From Salpingoeca rosetta (taxonomy: Eukaryota > Protista > Choanoflagellata), in the NCBI GenBank assembly GCA_033442325.1, contig JAWQFM010000007.1:1778019-1831210 (forward strand): a stretch of 53,192 nucleotides of DNA. The letters are read 5' to 3'. How positions within the stretch are numbered: position 1 is the first letter of the stretch; each line of letters starts with the position of its first letter. Under the pieces are notes generated by a model that was not told the DNA's origin, made no database searches, and was given only the letters and a program-made list of their open reading frames with translations. Below, in pieces: positions 1 through 14,216 of the stretch. The position numbers and the translations under genes are program-made.

Positions 1-1
1 A

Positions 2-63
<62 letters not shown>

Positions 64-67
<4 letters not shown>

Positions 68-1236
68 TGCTCGACGGTGTGGAGGAGGGCGCTGAACCAG
101 AAGGACATGTCCTGCCAGAGAGCGTGCAGTGCCACCTCGTGGTGCACGTGCTTGGACACATCAAGTGCGGATGTGTAACAGTTCATGATGAGCGGCAGCA
201 GCGCCACCGCCACTCGGTCGATTGGCCGCTTTGGCACTGCATCCTGGTAGTGGTGGTGGTGTTGAGGAAGCACAGACAAGGGGGGGGGGTGGAACCGCCC
301 ACGAGTGGGGTTGATTGCACATCAGCGAAGAAATGAAGCAATGACAAAGGCTCGTGATGGTTTCGTTGCAGTCGGAAAGTTCGCAGTTCACACATGCATC
401 GCACAACACACAACTGTCAAACAAACGAAGCACAAACCCCCAAGCAAAACAAATCTGTGACGACTGACGGTGGCTGCTGGTGGCGCGTGTGTGAGGAGAG
501 CCGAGACAAGCTTCACAACAATGTCAAACTTGAGCGCAGACACGGGCATGGTCCACTGGCGGCATCACGAGACGACAGCGTGAGAGGAGATGAGCCGAAG
601 GAGTGATTCGCAGGGCAACCAAATGTGCAGTGCGAACGATACAAGCAGTGGTCGCCATACGTGAGACATTTACCAACGTCATGCAACACCGTCCTTCAAC
701 ACCAACAGGTTAAATAGCGACTGATATAACGGCTCAAACAGCAACAGCTACAACGGCAACACGATCCGTTTGCAGCACGCAACGCCTCACGCCACGTCGC
801 AGCGCACCGCTTTGAATGCTGCCGCCAGCTCCTGTGCAACGTGGAAGGCAACCTGCTCCTGCTGAACACTCTGGAGAAACGTGCGGAAGGACTTGATGTA
901 CCACTGCACCAACCCGTCATCCGGGCCCTGTGGTGTGATATGTGGTGTGTGATGTGTGTGATGTGCAGCTTGCGTACAAGAGGATTTGAAACAGGAAAGA
1001 AGCAAACAAAAAAACTCGTGTTTCTTGACAATGCATGGTGGGATGGATGGCTGTGGTGATGACATGATCGCACCTTCAGCACACGCGTGCACGCCTGCAC
1101 CACGCGCGGAAGTTCTGGCGGGCGTTCTTTCTGTTTTCTCATTCAAATGCATGCACGTGTGTGTGTGTGTGTCGAGCATGGAGGCGGGTGAGTGGAACAA
1201 AACACGGATTGAAACAGCGGCCAACGCGATGTGCGT

Positions 1237-1283
<47 letters not shown>

Positions 1284-3299
1284 GACAGAGGGAGGCGTCA
1301 GTGCGCACCATGACAGATTGGGGGCGCATGGGCAATCGATGGCGTGTGATGGGCGCGTCCTCCTCATCCTCATCATCTTGCTGCTGCTGTTCCTGTTGGT
1401 CATCGTCTTCACCTTCTTCGCCCTCTTGATGGGCGCCATGACCAGCGGCATCTTCGCCGTTGTCATCACCGCGTGTGGGGAACAGCGCGGAAATCCGTGC
1501 TGGCTGAAGGACATCGCACAATGCTAGCGTGTCGCCGGCACTGATAGTGTTGTCATCTGAGTGAATGGTGAGTGCCAAGGGCGGGAGGCAAATCAGGCAG
1601 CCATGAAGATGTGAGGATGCGAGTGATGAAGACAGTGCGTGAGGGTGACAGGGTGTACATGCGTGTGTGCTCGTGCGTGCATATTTGAGTGTAAGCGCGC
1701 GTGTGTGTGTTGGCGTGTGTTGGCGTGTGTGTGCATGTGTGAGCGCGCCATCCACTTCATGAACACCCATCACTCTTTCCTTGCCCACCTTGTGCCTGTG
1801 GCAGCTGTACGGTGACTGTTGCAGCAGCCGAGAGCTCGCGCACAATCTGCGATGTCGTGATGGCGGCGTTTGGATCCGACGTCCGCATGTCCACCGCCCG
1901 ATCAAACAGCGTCGGCCGGTACGCACGCGATGTCTGCATTGACGCAATCGCGTGTGTGTTTGTTGCGTGAAAGAAAGAAAGTACGTCTATGTGTGCGTGT
2001 GTGCGTGCGTGCGTGCGTGTGTGTGCGTGCGTGCGTGCGTGATGTTGTGAAGGAGCAAGCAAAGTGTTGTGGTACAATTCTGCCAACCTGCGCCTTGACG
2101 AGCTGGTTGAACGCCATCGTCTTCACAAACAGCCGGAGGAATGCCGTGTTCGCATCTTCGCCGCTGCTGTTCTGGCGGCCCAGCCTGACGTGGTGGTGGT
2201 AGTGGTGGTGATGTGCGTGATGCAGAGGGGGAGGGGGTGTTGCACACGTTCAAGCGCCAGGGATGAAAGCAGAAATAAGCAAGAATAGGCACACACACAC
2301 ACACGCACACACACACACACGCACACACACAGACACAGACACACACACACACACACACAGACACACACACACAGCTAGTTGGTGGCGCTGATACGCACGA
2401 GTGGGCGTGGAAGAGGGCACCGGTGTCCAGATGGGAGACGTGGTCCGGATTGACGCGAACGGACACAAAGTACTGGCGGTAGTCCTGCAGCAGCTCAACA
2501 AAGAACCTGTAACAAGAGGAAGGACAGAAGAGGGGAGAGAGAGAGAGAGGAAGAGAGGGGAATGGAATGGAGAGAGGGATGGAGGGAGGTGGAGTGAGCA
2601 CATAGGCAACGTGCATTTGCAGTTGCAGTGGTGGTGATGCGATTCAATTTCAGGCGAGGCACAATAGGGAACGAACACCAACAAGCAACAAGAGGCAGAG
2701 CGACTTGTGTTAACATCTGTCACACGCACGAGAGGAAGGCAAGGCGGATGTCGATTTCCTGTCGCAATTGTGGATAGAGCGCAAGCAGCGGCGGCGACGC
2801 GTCGCTCTCAGATTTCTTTCGCTGCCGCGCTGCGAACCATTGCACGATGGGCAGGAAGTGGCAAGGGAGAGGGGTAGGACACAGAGAGTAATGGATGAGC
2901 ACTATGGTTGGTAGCAGGGTTGAAGTATCTGGCACGACATGAGTTTCAACCTCAATACACACCTTCGCACACATGGTCATACACACACAGACACAGACAG
3001 ACAGACAGGCAGACAGACACAAAACGGTCCTGCATGTGCATGACCAGCACGTACGCATGACTGCGTCGACGGCAGCGAGGTCTGGGTGGATGGCGTGCTT
3101 GATGGCGGCGAGAAGCGCGGATGTGTCCGGGAGCTGCGCCGCCACAAACGGCGACCCGTCCGACGCCGTCACAGCACCCCGATCAAGGTCGCACTGGCGG
3201 TGGTCATGGATGAAGGAGCGGTGGGGGGGGGAATGAGGGGACAAAGTGTGGATGGCTATTCGCATTGTAACTTGCTCTCTCACTCTCACACATAATATT

Positions 3300-3358
<59 letters not shown>

Positions 3359-4656
3359 GCACGCACGCACACACACACACACACTCACACACACACTCAC
3401 GCAAATACACACACTCACTCACGCAAACGCACACACACTCACGCAAATACACACACTCACTCACGCAAACACACACACACTCACGCAAATACACACACTC
3501 ACTCACGCAAACACACACACACTCACGCAAATACACACACTCACTCACGCAAACGCACACACACACACACACACTCTCTCTCTCCCTCTCGACGAAGCCG
3601 TACGATGATGACGTCGTCGAGTTGGGAGACGAGCGGATACGAGGAGCGATCGATGCCAATCAGATACGGTGTTGGCGCCGCGCAGAACTCAAGCAGAGAC
3701 CTGCAGCAGCAGGGTGGAGGGTTGGCGGTGAACTGGGGCAAACTGCAAGAAGACAGGGTGCCCTCAAATATCCACGTGCACACACACACACTCACACCGA
3801 CACCGACACAGACACAGACACACCGACACACACACACACACACACCGACACAGACACATGGCACGGAAAAGGACCACGCACGTTGGCAAGATGGGAATGT
3901 AGACGAGCGTGTATTCAAAGGGGAAGATGAGCTGGATGAGGGCCTCTGCACACGCGTGCAAGAGATTCGGGGAACTGCTGACCAGCAGCACTTTCCGCTC
4001 ACACAGCACTGCAAGGCAGCCCAGGGGAGACAGCGAGAAAGCGCAGGTGAGGGTGGCAATACGGGTATGTTTGCAGTTCGTATGCACAGGGTGAATCGTG
4101 TCACGACACATGAGCGTTACTAACGGACAGGCAGCAGCAGGGGCGCTGGAGTGCGGTGGTGTGCAACTCACGCGGAAAGACGAGGGAGATGACTTGGTGC
4201 GGCGAGAGGCATTTGAACAGCAGCGGTACCTGTAGGCGGCACCGGCAAAGCATGTGTTCATAAGCGCAAGTGTGAAGTAAGATAATACGCACGCACACAA
4301 GCATGTGCACACGAAGAAAGCACGTGCACACGAAGCAAGTGGTGAGAGAGAATGGTGTGTGCATATGTGCGCACACACATTTTCATAAGTATGTGCGTGA
4401 GCAGGGTGAGCGTACCATGCCAAATGGCGGCTGGAGGGAGAGTTGGGGCACGGCGGGGATGTGAAGTGTGCACGATTGCATCTCCAAGCGCAGGGCTTTC
4501 GCCGTCTGCGAAACCAAAATCAGACGCAAGTGCATGTTCAACGGATGGTGTGAGCACATACGCACTGCGCAAGCACAAGTAATCAACATGAAATGAACAT
4601 GAGACAACAGCCAACCTCTTCACAACTTGGCTGCTGCTCCTCCTGATGTCACAGCG

Positions 4657-4750
<94 letters not shown>

Positions 4751-6222
4751 CTGCTGCTACTGAACAAGGGTACCTTCGTGGATGGCACAGCCCTTAAAGA
4801 GGTGGCGGCAAAGACGAGCTGTTGCAGTCTTCGCAGCTCCTGCTGCCGATACAGCAGCCAGATCTCACGTAACAACGCCCTAGGGTGGAGGTGGGGATGG
4901 CAGTTGCGGAAAACGGATGAGTGGGAGGCCAGAGAGATAACCGAGGCGCTGAGGCGGATGGAGCGAAGATTGGAAGGCGTGTGCGCTGGATCTGGATCGA
5001 AGAGGCATCGGGTTCAGCAAGGCAGCGTAGTGCATCTTCATTGCGCACCTGTGCTCAGCGAAGAGGGGTCGGCGGGATACAATACCAATGCCGTGTGCAG
5101 ATCGCTGGCCGTTCTGCAGAAGTTGGGGAGGGGGAGGGGGAGGGGACGCAGGTGGTTGTGGCCATGGTAAGCGGCAAACAGCAACGTGGTGCTGAGACAC
5201 ACGCAGAAACACACACAGGCAGGCAGGCAGACACACAGACACACAGACACACAGACACACAATTGCACACAGAGCTGCACATGCCTGAATCACGGTGTGG
5301 ACCAGGCAGAGGGAAAAGATCCTGCGCCCCTCCTGTCATGATCAATGAAAGAACACATTTGTCACGACGAGCAAGTGGTTGACACCAGTGCTCGCTTGTT
5401 TGCGGAAAGCACTCCATGCACCACGCAGTGGGGCTTACATGTGGATCAAAGAACAAGTGTACCTCGTTGGTGAGAGACGTTGGGAAGAAGGTGAGTTGCT
5501 CCTCCTCATCGCGGGAGTGAGTTGAGCTTGCAGACGCTGATGGAGTCGTCGGCTCTGCCACTACCTCCTCCTCCTCGTCAAAGTCCGGCTGTTGTCGCGG
5601 CCATCGCAGTGCGTGAGCGAAGTGAAGTGTACAGCGTGAGCAGCAGGCAAGTAAACCCGGTTTCCACCAGCGAGCTTGAGGTGCACAGCGAACGGCACGA
5701 TCACCTCAAGACTCTGAATCAGCCAGTTGTACATGCGCCTGCATCTAGCGTGTGCTTGCACGAACCATCCCAAACACCCAACTCAAACACGACATCGCCG
5801 CATCACCCATCTCGGGCTCCTTGCACTCACAAAGCCGAAGGTTTGCAGGCCTGCTGGAAACGCGCAGTCATCATGATCTGCCTCGGGATACCGTGCAACT
5901 ACCTCTGCAGCGTCATCTCCTTCCTATCGTGTGTTTGAGGGAGGCGGAGGGGGGTAGTGGTTGCAATACAGGCACAAGTGCATAGTGAGCAAACATAAAC
6001 AAAGTGCGTCGCTGTTGGGAGTGACCAACCACAACTGCTTCACTTCAACCGTTCACTCTCTACACCCCCCCCTCTCTCTCTGTCTCTGTCTCTGTCTCTG
6101 TCTCTGTCTCTGTCTCTGTCTCTGTCTTTGTCTCTGTCTCTCTGTCTTCGAGCAGCAGGTTCGCAAGCACGCAGTCTCACCTGTCGCACGCTGAATACAA
6201 ATTCCACGAAGCGAGCGCGCAT
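64..6222 (-). CDS. SBF1/SBF2 (MTMR5/MTMR13)-like DENN-domain protein, multi-exon; 3' part runs off the left edge
   Basis: Exon 1 6222-6181 reads [14 protein letters not shown]. Exon from 5923 reads [27 protein letters not shown] (uDENN). Core DENN reads [43 protein letters not shown] / [17 protein letters not shown] (4020-3600). dDENN reads EIDIRLAFL / [21 protein letters not shown] (2800-2400), followed by [10 protein letters not shown] and [11 protein letters not shown]. The exon at ~245-64 reads [47 protein letters not shown], resembling the SBF2 domain. Exons are bounded by GT..AG. Confidence 0.85.
3383..3560. repeat. Intronic ~40-bp minisatellite (ACACACACACTCACGCAAATACACACACTCACTCACGCAA-like unit, about 4 copies)
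   Basis: Repeating unit read directly from the sequence, embedded in (CA)n. Confidence 0.8.
4658..4750. repeat. (CAA)n microsatellite, about 31 units, intronic
   Basis: Perfect trinucleotide run inside an intron of the DENN gene. Confidence 0.95.
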
Positions 6223-6387
6223 CTTGGGTGCTGGTCGCAACACAATGAATTGACGAGGGTTGTTGTTTCTGTGTGCGCTTGGCGACGTTGGTGCCTGTGG
6301 CTGCGTGGTGCGTGTGGGTTGGTGCGTTGGTGCGTGTGTGGGTTGGTGGTTGTCACATAACAACCGTGCGACAGCGTTGCTGGCTCC
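6223..6387. promoter_or_regulatory. Short divergent (bidirectional) promoter region with an RFX X-box-like element GTTGTCACATAACAAC at 6349-6364
   Basis: Only 165 bp separate the head-to-head ATGs (6222 on -, 6388 on +). A GTTGT...ACAAC inverted repeat lies about 25 bp before the NEK ATG. Confidence 0.5.
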
Positions 6388-7257
6388 ATGGAGGCGTACA
6401 CGCTGGTGGAGCGGGTTGGCCGCGGTGCAGAGGGCACCGTGTGGCTTGTGAAGCACAGGTGCGTTTTGTGACACGCTGTGATTCGCCTTGGTGCGCTGTC
6501 GTGTGCCCGACTGTCGTCGTCATCGCCGTCGTTGTTGTTGTTGTTGTGGAGAGGATGCAGCACGTGCACATACATGCACGTACACATGCACATACATGCA
6601 CGTACACATGCACATACATGCACGCACGCACACATGTACACATGTGCACACAAGCTTGTATGTGCACACTCATCAAGCATTGCTTTGCTGTGTCGTGTGG
6701 ATGATCGCAGGCAGTTGCCACGTCGCCGGTTTGTGATGAAGAAGATCTGGATCGGCGCGAAGAAGCGATCGTCATTGCAAGAAGCAGAGATCCTGAAGAA
6801 GCTCGACCATCGTCACGTTGTACGTCTTCTCTTCAGTAGTGCACATGGATTTGCAGCCATCTGCTGATCCTTTCTCGCTCCAGCTTGCATCCTCATGTGC
6901 GCACCCCCTCCCCCCCCCCACACACACACCAACCCGCCACTCAGATAAAGTATTATGACTCCTTCCTCGACAAGGCTGGCGAGCACCTGTGTATCATCAC
7001 TGACTACTGCGCGGTAGGTGATCCAGCTCGTCTTTGATGCCAGCAGCGCTTGCTTGACACACCACTTGTGTGCACACTCCGCCTAACGCTTGCCACATAC
7101 ACCCCTTTCACACGCAGGGCGGCAATCTGGACCAAAAGATCACAAGGACCCGAGAAGCAGGGCAGCATTTCAGGTCTGTGAAACTTGTTCCCCCCTTTTG
7201 ACTCTGGGACCAACATGCACTGCCCTTGCAATCGTTCCAAGTACTCACATCTTCCTC

Positions 7258-7295
<38 letters not shown>

Positions 7296-7480
7296 CGTGT
7301 GTGTGTGCGTGTGCGTGTGCGTGTGTGTGTGTGTGCGTGTGCGCGTGCGTGCGTGTGTGTGCGCGTGTGCGTGTGTGTTTGTAGCGAGCCGGAGATTATG
7401 GAGTGGTTTGGGCAGATTGTATTGGCTCTTCGGTACATCCACTCGAAGCGCATTCTGCATCGAGGTGCGTGTGTGCATGC

Positions 7481-7528
<48 letters not shown>

Positions 7529-10127
7529 ATGCGTGCGTGCGTGTGTGTGTGTGTGCGTGTGCAGCGTATTTCCATGTTGACCATTTGTGATACCCCAGTG
7601 CGACTGCTGTGTTTCGTATTGTACGGCAAGGGGACAACGTACAGCGGCCGCGTTACTCATCACGTACACACGCACACCCCGCTTGTGCTTGCAGATCTGA
7701 AGACGGCGAACATTTTCCTGACAGAACACAACCTCATCAAGGTTCGCCATCTGCGCGTGTTATCGCAGCACTGTGTCGCTTCTCGTAACTGCTGCACGCA
7801 GGGACAATACACGCAGCGCAACGTGCGCGAGCACTGTGCAAGATACTAACCCCCTCGACACGTGTCCACGTACGTGTGTGTCTCTGTGTGTATATGTGTG
7901 TGTGCCGTGTTGTGCACTGCAATTTCAGGTGGGCGATTTCGGCATTGCTGCACAGCTTGAGCACTCGTTTGACGTGAAGCACACGTGCGTGGGCAGCCCG
8001 TACTACATGAGCCCAGAGGTGTGCCAGGACATCCCCTACAACACCAAATCTGACATCTGGGTGAGCCGAGCATGTGCCCTATTGAAGCGAGCAATGCATC
8101 AGCGTGCATGAAAGTGTGTCCGCGTGTAGAAGCGTGTGCCTGTGCATGTGCGTGCGTGCCCGCGTGTACGTGCGTGTGTTTTAACAACATATGTGATTCC
8201 ACCAATCTCACTATGTCACGTTTCGTCCCGTGTTCTTCCTTGTTTGTTTGTGCACACCGCAGGCGCTCGGCTGCGTTCTGTATGAGATGTGCGAGCTGAC
8301 ACAGGCCTTTAAAGGCAGCAACCTCCTTGCCCTCGTCACCAAGATTTGTGACTGCAAATACGACGTGCGTGCATGCGTGCAGCGCCGTGTTTGTTTTGTG
8401 GTTGTGGTTGTGGTTGTGGTTGAGTGACTGGTGTCTCCGTACCGTGGCTATATAACACACGCCCTCGCCCATTTGTATTCACACCATCACCAACCTAATC
8501 ATCATTGTCATCACCACCACCGTCATGGACGGACACAGCCCGTGTCTGATCGCTACTCCCAGGAACTGCGCGCCCTTGTTGCTTTCATGCTCAATCCAAA
8601 GCCCGAGGAACGACCGAGGTGAGCGTGTCCTGCGATCTCAACATGCTCACCCTGCCACATGTGGTTGGAAGCAGTTTGAGGCATTCATTGTCTCTACCTG
8701 TCTGCCTGTCTCTGTCTCTTTGGCTCACTTACCAAATGCGCGCGCACACACGCACACGCACGCATCCTCACATACACACGCACGCATCCTCACATACACA
8801 TACACATACACACATGCACACACACATGCACACGAAACCACAGCACGATTGCGCTGATGGTGCACCCGTATGTGAAGGAGTGCTTTGCGCTGATGGTGGC
8901 AAAGGACTGGCGTGCATCGTCGTCTCCACAGGAATTGCACAACAGCGGCGGCGGCGACACAGCGACGCACACGCACACAATCGAGGCAGATATGAGCAGC
9001 GTGCAGGCGGGGGGACTGGAACATGACGCGGACACATTTGATGAGACGCAAACAGCGCTTGCAGCCACACTGCGGGCGGACAGTGACAGTGATGATGGCG
9101 GTGGCGGCGGTAACAGCCGTACAGTAACGAAGACACAACGGGAGCGCGATGTGAATGCCGGTGGCGGTGGTGATGATGATGCTGACGGTAGCAATGGCGG
9201 TGACGTTGGTGATGCGACCGTGATTGCACGCCCAGCCCTTCTGTCAGAGCGGGTACGCACACCGTGCAGTGTTAAACGCACGATCGCACGATCGCACGCG
9301 CGCGCGTGTGTGGATATGTGCGTGCATGTGTGCGAGTGTGCACGTGTGTGTGTGTGTGCGTGTGCATGTGCAAGTGGCGTGTTTTGTTTATCGTCGTTGT
9401 TAGCGTGCTGGCGTCGTTTGTGTTGCTGTTGCTGTGGTCATGCCGTGTGCCGCTCCTACACCGTCGCGTCCCTCACCTCCATCACGTGCGGTGGTTGCGT
9501 GGACGTGTGCACATGAGCAGAGCGCCGCCCGACAGCGTCGGCTCATCGTCATTGGCAGCCGCGCAAAGGTCTCCTTCACACCCGCGCATCATATCACTTG
9601 CATTGTTATTTTTTTTTGGGGGGGGGAGTGTTTAGTCGTTGTTTAGATGTTGTTTTGTCGTTGAACTTGGCTGAAACATGTGCACGTGACTGGACCAACT
9701 CTACTGTACACACTTCACTCTGCAGACCCTCACTGTTCAACCCTCACCCACCATGCACCATTGCGTTCACTCCTCTCAAGGGCACTGCGCGTCCGGACCG
9801 CGTGTCATCACCGCGATTGCGATCAGCACGTGCACGTAAACCAATTCTTCCCAGCCGCCACAGCCAACACCCGTCGGTTATGGTGAGATCCTACCTGTAC
9901 ATATGCACCTGCAACGCACAACAGCACTCATCACACACTTCACACCACATCTCCACACCCACCCACACACACACACACACACTCACTCACTCACTCACTC
10001 ACTCACACACACACACACACACACACACACCACCACCACCACCGCCATCATCATCATCACCTCAATTCTCTGTGATGCTATGCAGCCGCCAGCGCCCCAG
10101 ACACCACCGCGCCATCAGCGCCATCAC

Positions 10128-10159
<32 letters not shown>

Positions 10160-13100
10160 GATGCGGCGATCCATTTCGCAGCCGGACCAAATCATCCTGT
10201 CGCCAGCGGGCAGCCCTGCACGCAGCCACCACCACAGCTACAGCCACCACCAACAACAGCAGCAGCCACGCTTTTCGCGGTCGTCGAGCACGCACGGCAG
10301 CAACTCACACATGTCTGCAAGCATGGGCGCGGCCAAGCTCCCGCCGTAAGCAGTGTGAAGGGGGGCGATGGATGAAAGGGTCATGATGAAGGGGGAGGGG
10401 AAGATGATGAGGAGGAAGAATTAGTGGAGGTGGAGTAAGGTGGACACTGTCGCGAGGACACCACCGTGCCGTGTGTTGGTTCTACTGCGCCGTGCTGTTA
10501 ATTTGATCTGCTAACTGCTCACCAATGTTCTCGTTTGATACACCACACCCCGCCACATCACGTTGCAATCCAGGATTCGGCACGACAGCGTTTCAAAGTC
10601 GACCGACGTCGCAGCTATCACCCGCACATCCGCAGGTGCACGCACACCCGCAGATTCCCGTGCACTCCACCTGTCGCTCTTGAGTGCACTCCAACTCTCG
10701 TGTGTGCGTGTGTGCGTGTGTGCGTGTGTGCGTGTGTGCGTGTGACTGTTAGCTGCACGTGCGCCCTCTTGCCTTCAAGCATCTGACATGTCATCACGTG
10801 TTTGTGTGTTTGTGTGTTTGTGTGTGTGTGTGTGCCTGCTGAACCAGATGGGCGAGGTCGAACGCTGAGCGACGGTGACACGCCGAGCCTTCGCCGCCCG
10901 CTCTCCTTTACCCATCGATCCCACCAGCACAATCAGCAGCAGCAGCAGAGCGTTCAACAGGCACAACAGCACCAGTCACATCACCATCTGCCACCACAAC
11001 AGCAGCGCCAGGCATCGACAGAGCTGCAGCCTTTGGACGAGACTGCACGAGAGCGATCGTATTCACTGCCGCGAACGTCGCGCCCGTCATCACACCACCA
11101 CACACGCGCGCGGGCGGCCAAGCAAAGCAGCGGTGGCGGTGACGGCGGTGGTGATGCTGCTGCGGCGACGGAGAGTGCTCATGTACGTGATTCTGGGGGT
11201 GCTGATGGTAGCGGTGAACAGCAACAGATACAGCAGGAACAGCAAAGGCGACAGCAAGGTGGGCAGAAGTCTGAGCGAGATGACAAGGGTTCAAACCAAG
11301 ACAAGAAGAAGAAACAGCAGCCGCAGTCCTCGTCGTCCGTACGGGCCAAGGGGAAGAAGACAGCACGCGGCGCAAAGTCGACACGAAAGGGGAAGGGTGC
11401 TCACGCAGGGGCAGCGGCACCACGGAAACGGGCGAAAAAGAAAGGAAGAAATGGAAAGTTAACGGCAGCGTCAAATTCGCTCGCCACCACCACCACCACC
11501 ACCACCAGCAGCAAAGGACCCAAGGCAGCATCAACGCTGGCAGCAACGGAGAAACGGCGGGTGCGTCTTGTACCTTCTGTGCGTGCGTATGATCGTGCGC
11601 GCGCGCGTGTGTGTGATTGTATGTATGTGTGTGTGTGTATGTGTGTGTATGTGTGTGTGTGTGATTGTATGTATGTGTGTGCATGTGTATGTGTATGTGT
11701 GTGTGTATGTGTTTCTCCAATCGGGTGTTTCCATGACAGTGCCACTCGCGTTCTTTTGTATTCCCTCTGTGCCACCACCCTTACGTCTATCTAATCCACT
11801 CCACACGTGCTGCGTGTCAGCCCCGTGTGCGTGCGCGCACCGGACCACGGCGCGTGTACAAGCGGTGCACAGCACCAACGCCGCACAGGGCATCACGCGA
11901 TGGCGAGGGGGAGGGCCTGAGGCTTCGGGAAGCAGCCGCGCAGCACACAGCGCTTGCACGTGATGACGATGCCAGCGGTGATGATGATGATGGTGATGGT
12001 GGTGGCAATAATGATGGCTTGGATGCGACGGTGGGCACGGCGGCTGGAGAGGGAGCAAAGGCGAAGAGGGGCAGTGAGATTGATGACGACGAGCGACAGC
12101 AGCTGGAAACCATGTACCTGGAGGAAGGGTTTGATGTGGCATCAAGTGACGATGATGATGGTGATGGTGATGATGGTGATGATGATGATGAGGGTGATGG
12201 CGATGATACGGTCGAGGAAGATGAAGGTGAGGGTGAGAATGATGACGAACTGACGTGGAATGATGTTGGAGGAGGACAGCAGTCGCCTTTGCCACACGTC
12301 AATGTGCGACGCGACGGCGTAGGTGTTGTGAGTCCACGTGACAGGCAGGACAGCAGCAAAAACACGAGCCATCTCTCGTCCGATATCGATGCAGATAGTC
12401 TCGATGGCCGACACGATGACACTCTCCGAGGCATCATGTGAGATGGATTGTGTGGCTGTGTGCTCTGTGTGTGTGTGTGTGCTTTGTGTTTGTGCTTTGT
12501 GGGTGTGAGTGAGTGTGTGTGCTTTGTGAGTGTGCTTTGTGTTTGTGGTAAGTGCACCGGCTTGTACATAACCTCTGCATGCATTGTGATGTGATCGGCG
12601 CGTGTCTCCTGTCAGGCACTTTGCTGACTGGCACGACGACGACGACGAAGAAGAAGATGATGGTGGTGGTGATGACGACGATGACGCTTGGGGTGATGAT
12701 GGCCGTTTCCATGATGATCGCGATGAAGAAGCGCAAAGGTGAGCACATGCCGCTACGTCGTTGCTCGAACGCACTGCGACACGCTGAAATACACACACAC
12801 GTATGTACCAAGCGCAATCTCAACTCGTGCGCGCAATGCTCCACACCTGTGCACAGCCTGGCATCCACGTTTGCCAAGGAGGAAGACCTGCTGCACTTTG
12901 AGGACAGTCGTCACCGTCCACACCACCATCGCGACGATGAGGAGGAGGAGGAGGAGGAGGAGTATGATCTCATCGAGGCCATGTCTCTTGCTCGCATTGC
13001 CCTCGAATCACGAGGTGAGACACAAACGCAAGAGCGGCCAGAGAAACTGACCGTGCTGCGGTTTTGGCTGGAAGCGTTTGGTTCGAGTGCGTGTTCACGT

Positions 13101-13355
13101 GTATGTGGATGAAACCCCCTTTTGCCTGTGTGTTGCGCGCTTGTGTATGTGTGTCTATCCGCTTGTGGAGTTGGCCAAAGTGTTTGCGCTGTTGTGAATC
13201 GAAATGGATCGATGTGCGTGGCGTGTGTTTTTCTCGCCTCTCACTGCTACCCCCTCGTGCACTGCACAATTCTCAGCCGAAGACTATGAGGATGAAGAGA
13301 TTCTCGAAGACGAACGCATCGCTGCGCCGTGGAAGAGTGTTCTCATCAGGTGACG

Positions 13356-13395
<40 letters not shown>

Positions 13396-14049
13396 GTGTG
13401 TGTGTGCTGTTGCTGTTGCTGTGTGCACATTGCTGGGTTTTAGCGGTACCATTGTTTTTTGACCACACTGTTGAAGCTCATTCACTGTTCAACTGTTGAT
13501 GGTTCAGGGATTGCACTGCTGTTCTTGGGCAGGATGTCTTCAACAGTGTTCTCACATACTATCAGGAACTGCGGTCCACACATCCATGGTGTGTGTGTGT
13601 GTATGTGCTGTGCGTATGTGTGCTGTATGTGTGGTTGAATTTTTTATCTTAGCCTCAGCATACATCGTAATCACTCACACACACTCTCTCTCTCACACAA
13701 TTGCACATTTACCCATGCACGCACATGCGCTCGCGCGCGCGCACACACACACACACACATACACCATGACACACTTTCACCCATGTACGCACATGCGCTC
13801 GCACACATCTCCACACGTGACAGGCTGTTTGAGAGGCCGTCCAGTGCGAGCGAGCTGACGACTGCGCCGGAGTTGGACGAGGAAGGGCGGGCGCTGCTGT
13901 TGTCAGCGGAACCTGTTCGGAGTCTCATTGGTGGCGACGATGACCCTCACCGCATTGCTGCGTGTCTGTCCATCCGAGAGCTGATTGTGTTTGACTCCTC
14001 GCTCGCCACCCCTGCCCAGGGATCCCGCATCGCTTCCGCCATATCATAG
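6388..14049 (+). CDS. NIMA-related (NEK) serine/threonine kinase with long low-complexity tail, multi-exon
   Basis: Spliced exons give [22 protein letters not shown] / [22 protein letters not shown] / [18 protein letters not shown] / GGNLDQKI / [24 protein letters not shown] / [10 protein letters not shown] / [44 protein letters not shown] / [11 protein letters not shown]-, D/E- and K-rich exons follow, then a C-terminal helical region ([21 protein letters not shown]...IRELIVFD). TAG stop at 14047-14049. Confidence 0.92.
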
Positions 14050-14058
14050 ACCTTTTGT

Positions 14059-14116
<58 letters not shown>

Positions 14117-14216
14117 NNNNNNNNNNNNNNNNNNNNNNNNNNNNNNNNNNNNNNNNNNNNNNNNNNNNNNNNNNNNNNNNNNNNNNNNNNNNNNNNNNNN
14201 NNNNNNNNNNNNNNNN
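14117..14216. other. Assembly gap (100 N)
   Basis: Run of N. Confidence 1.

Noticed and set aside
3383-3560. Regularly spaced ~40-bp repeats resembling a CRISPR array
   Set aside because: There are no unique spacers, the unit is derived from CA repeats, it lies in an intron, and no cas genes are present.
4646-5170. Poly-Q ORF on the + strand
   Set aside because: It is an intronic (CAA)n tract plus the antisense of DENN exons.
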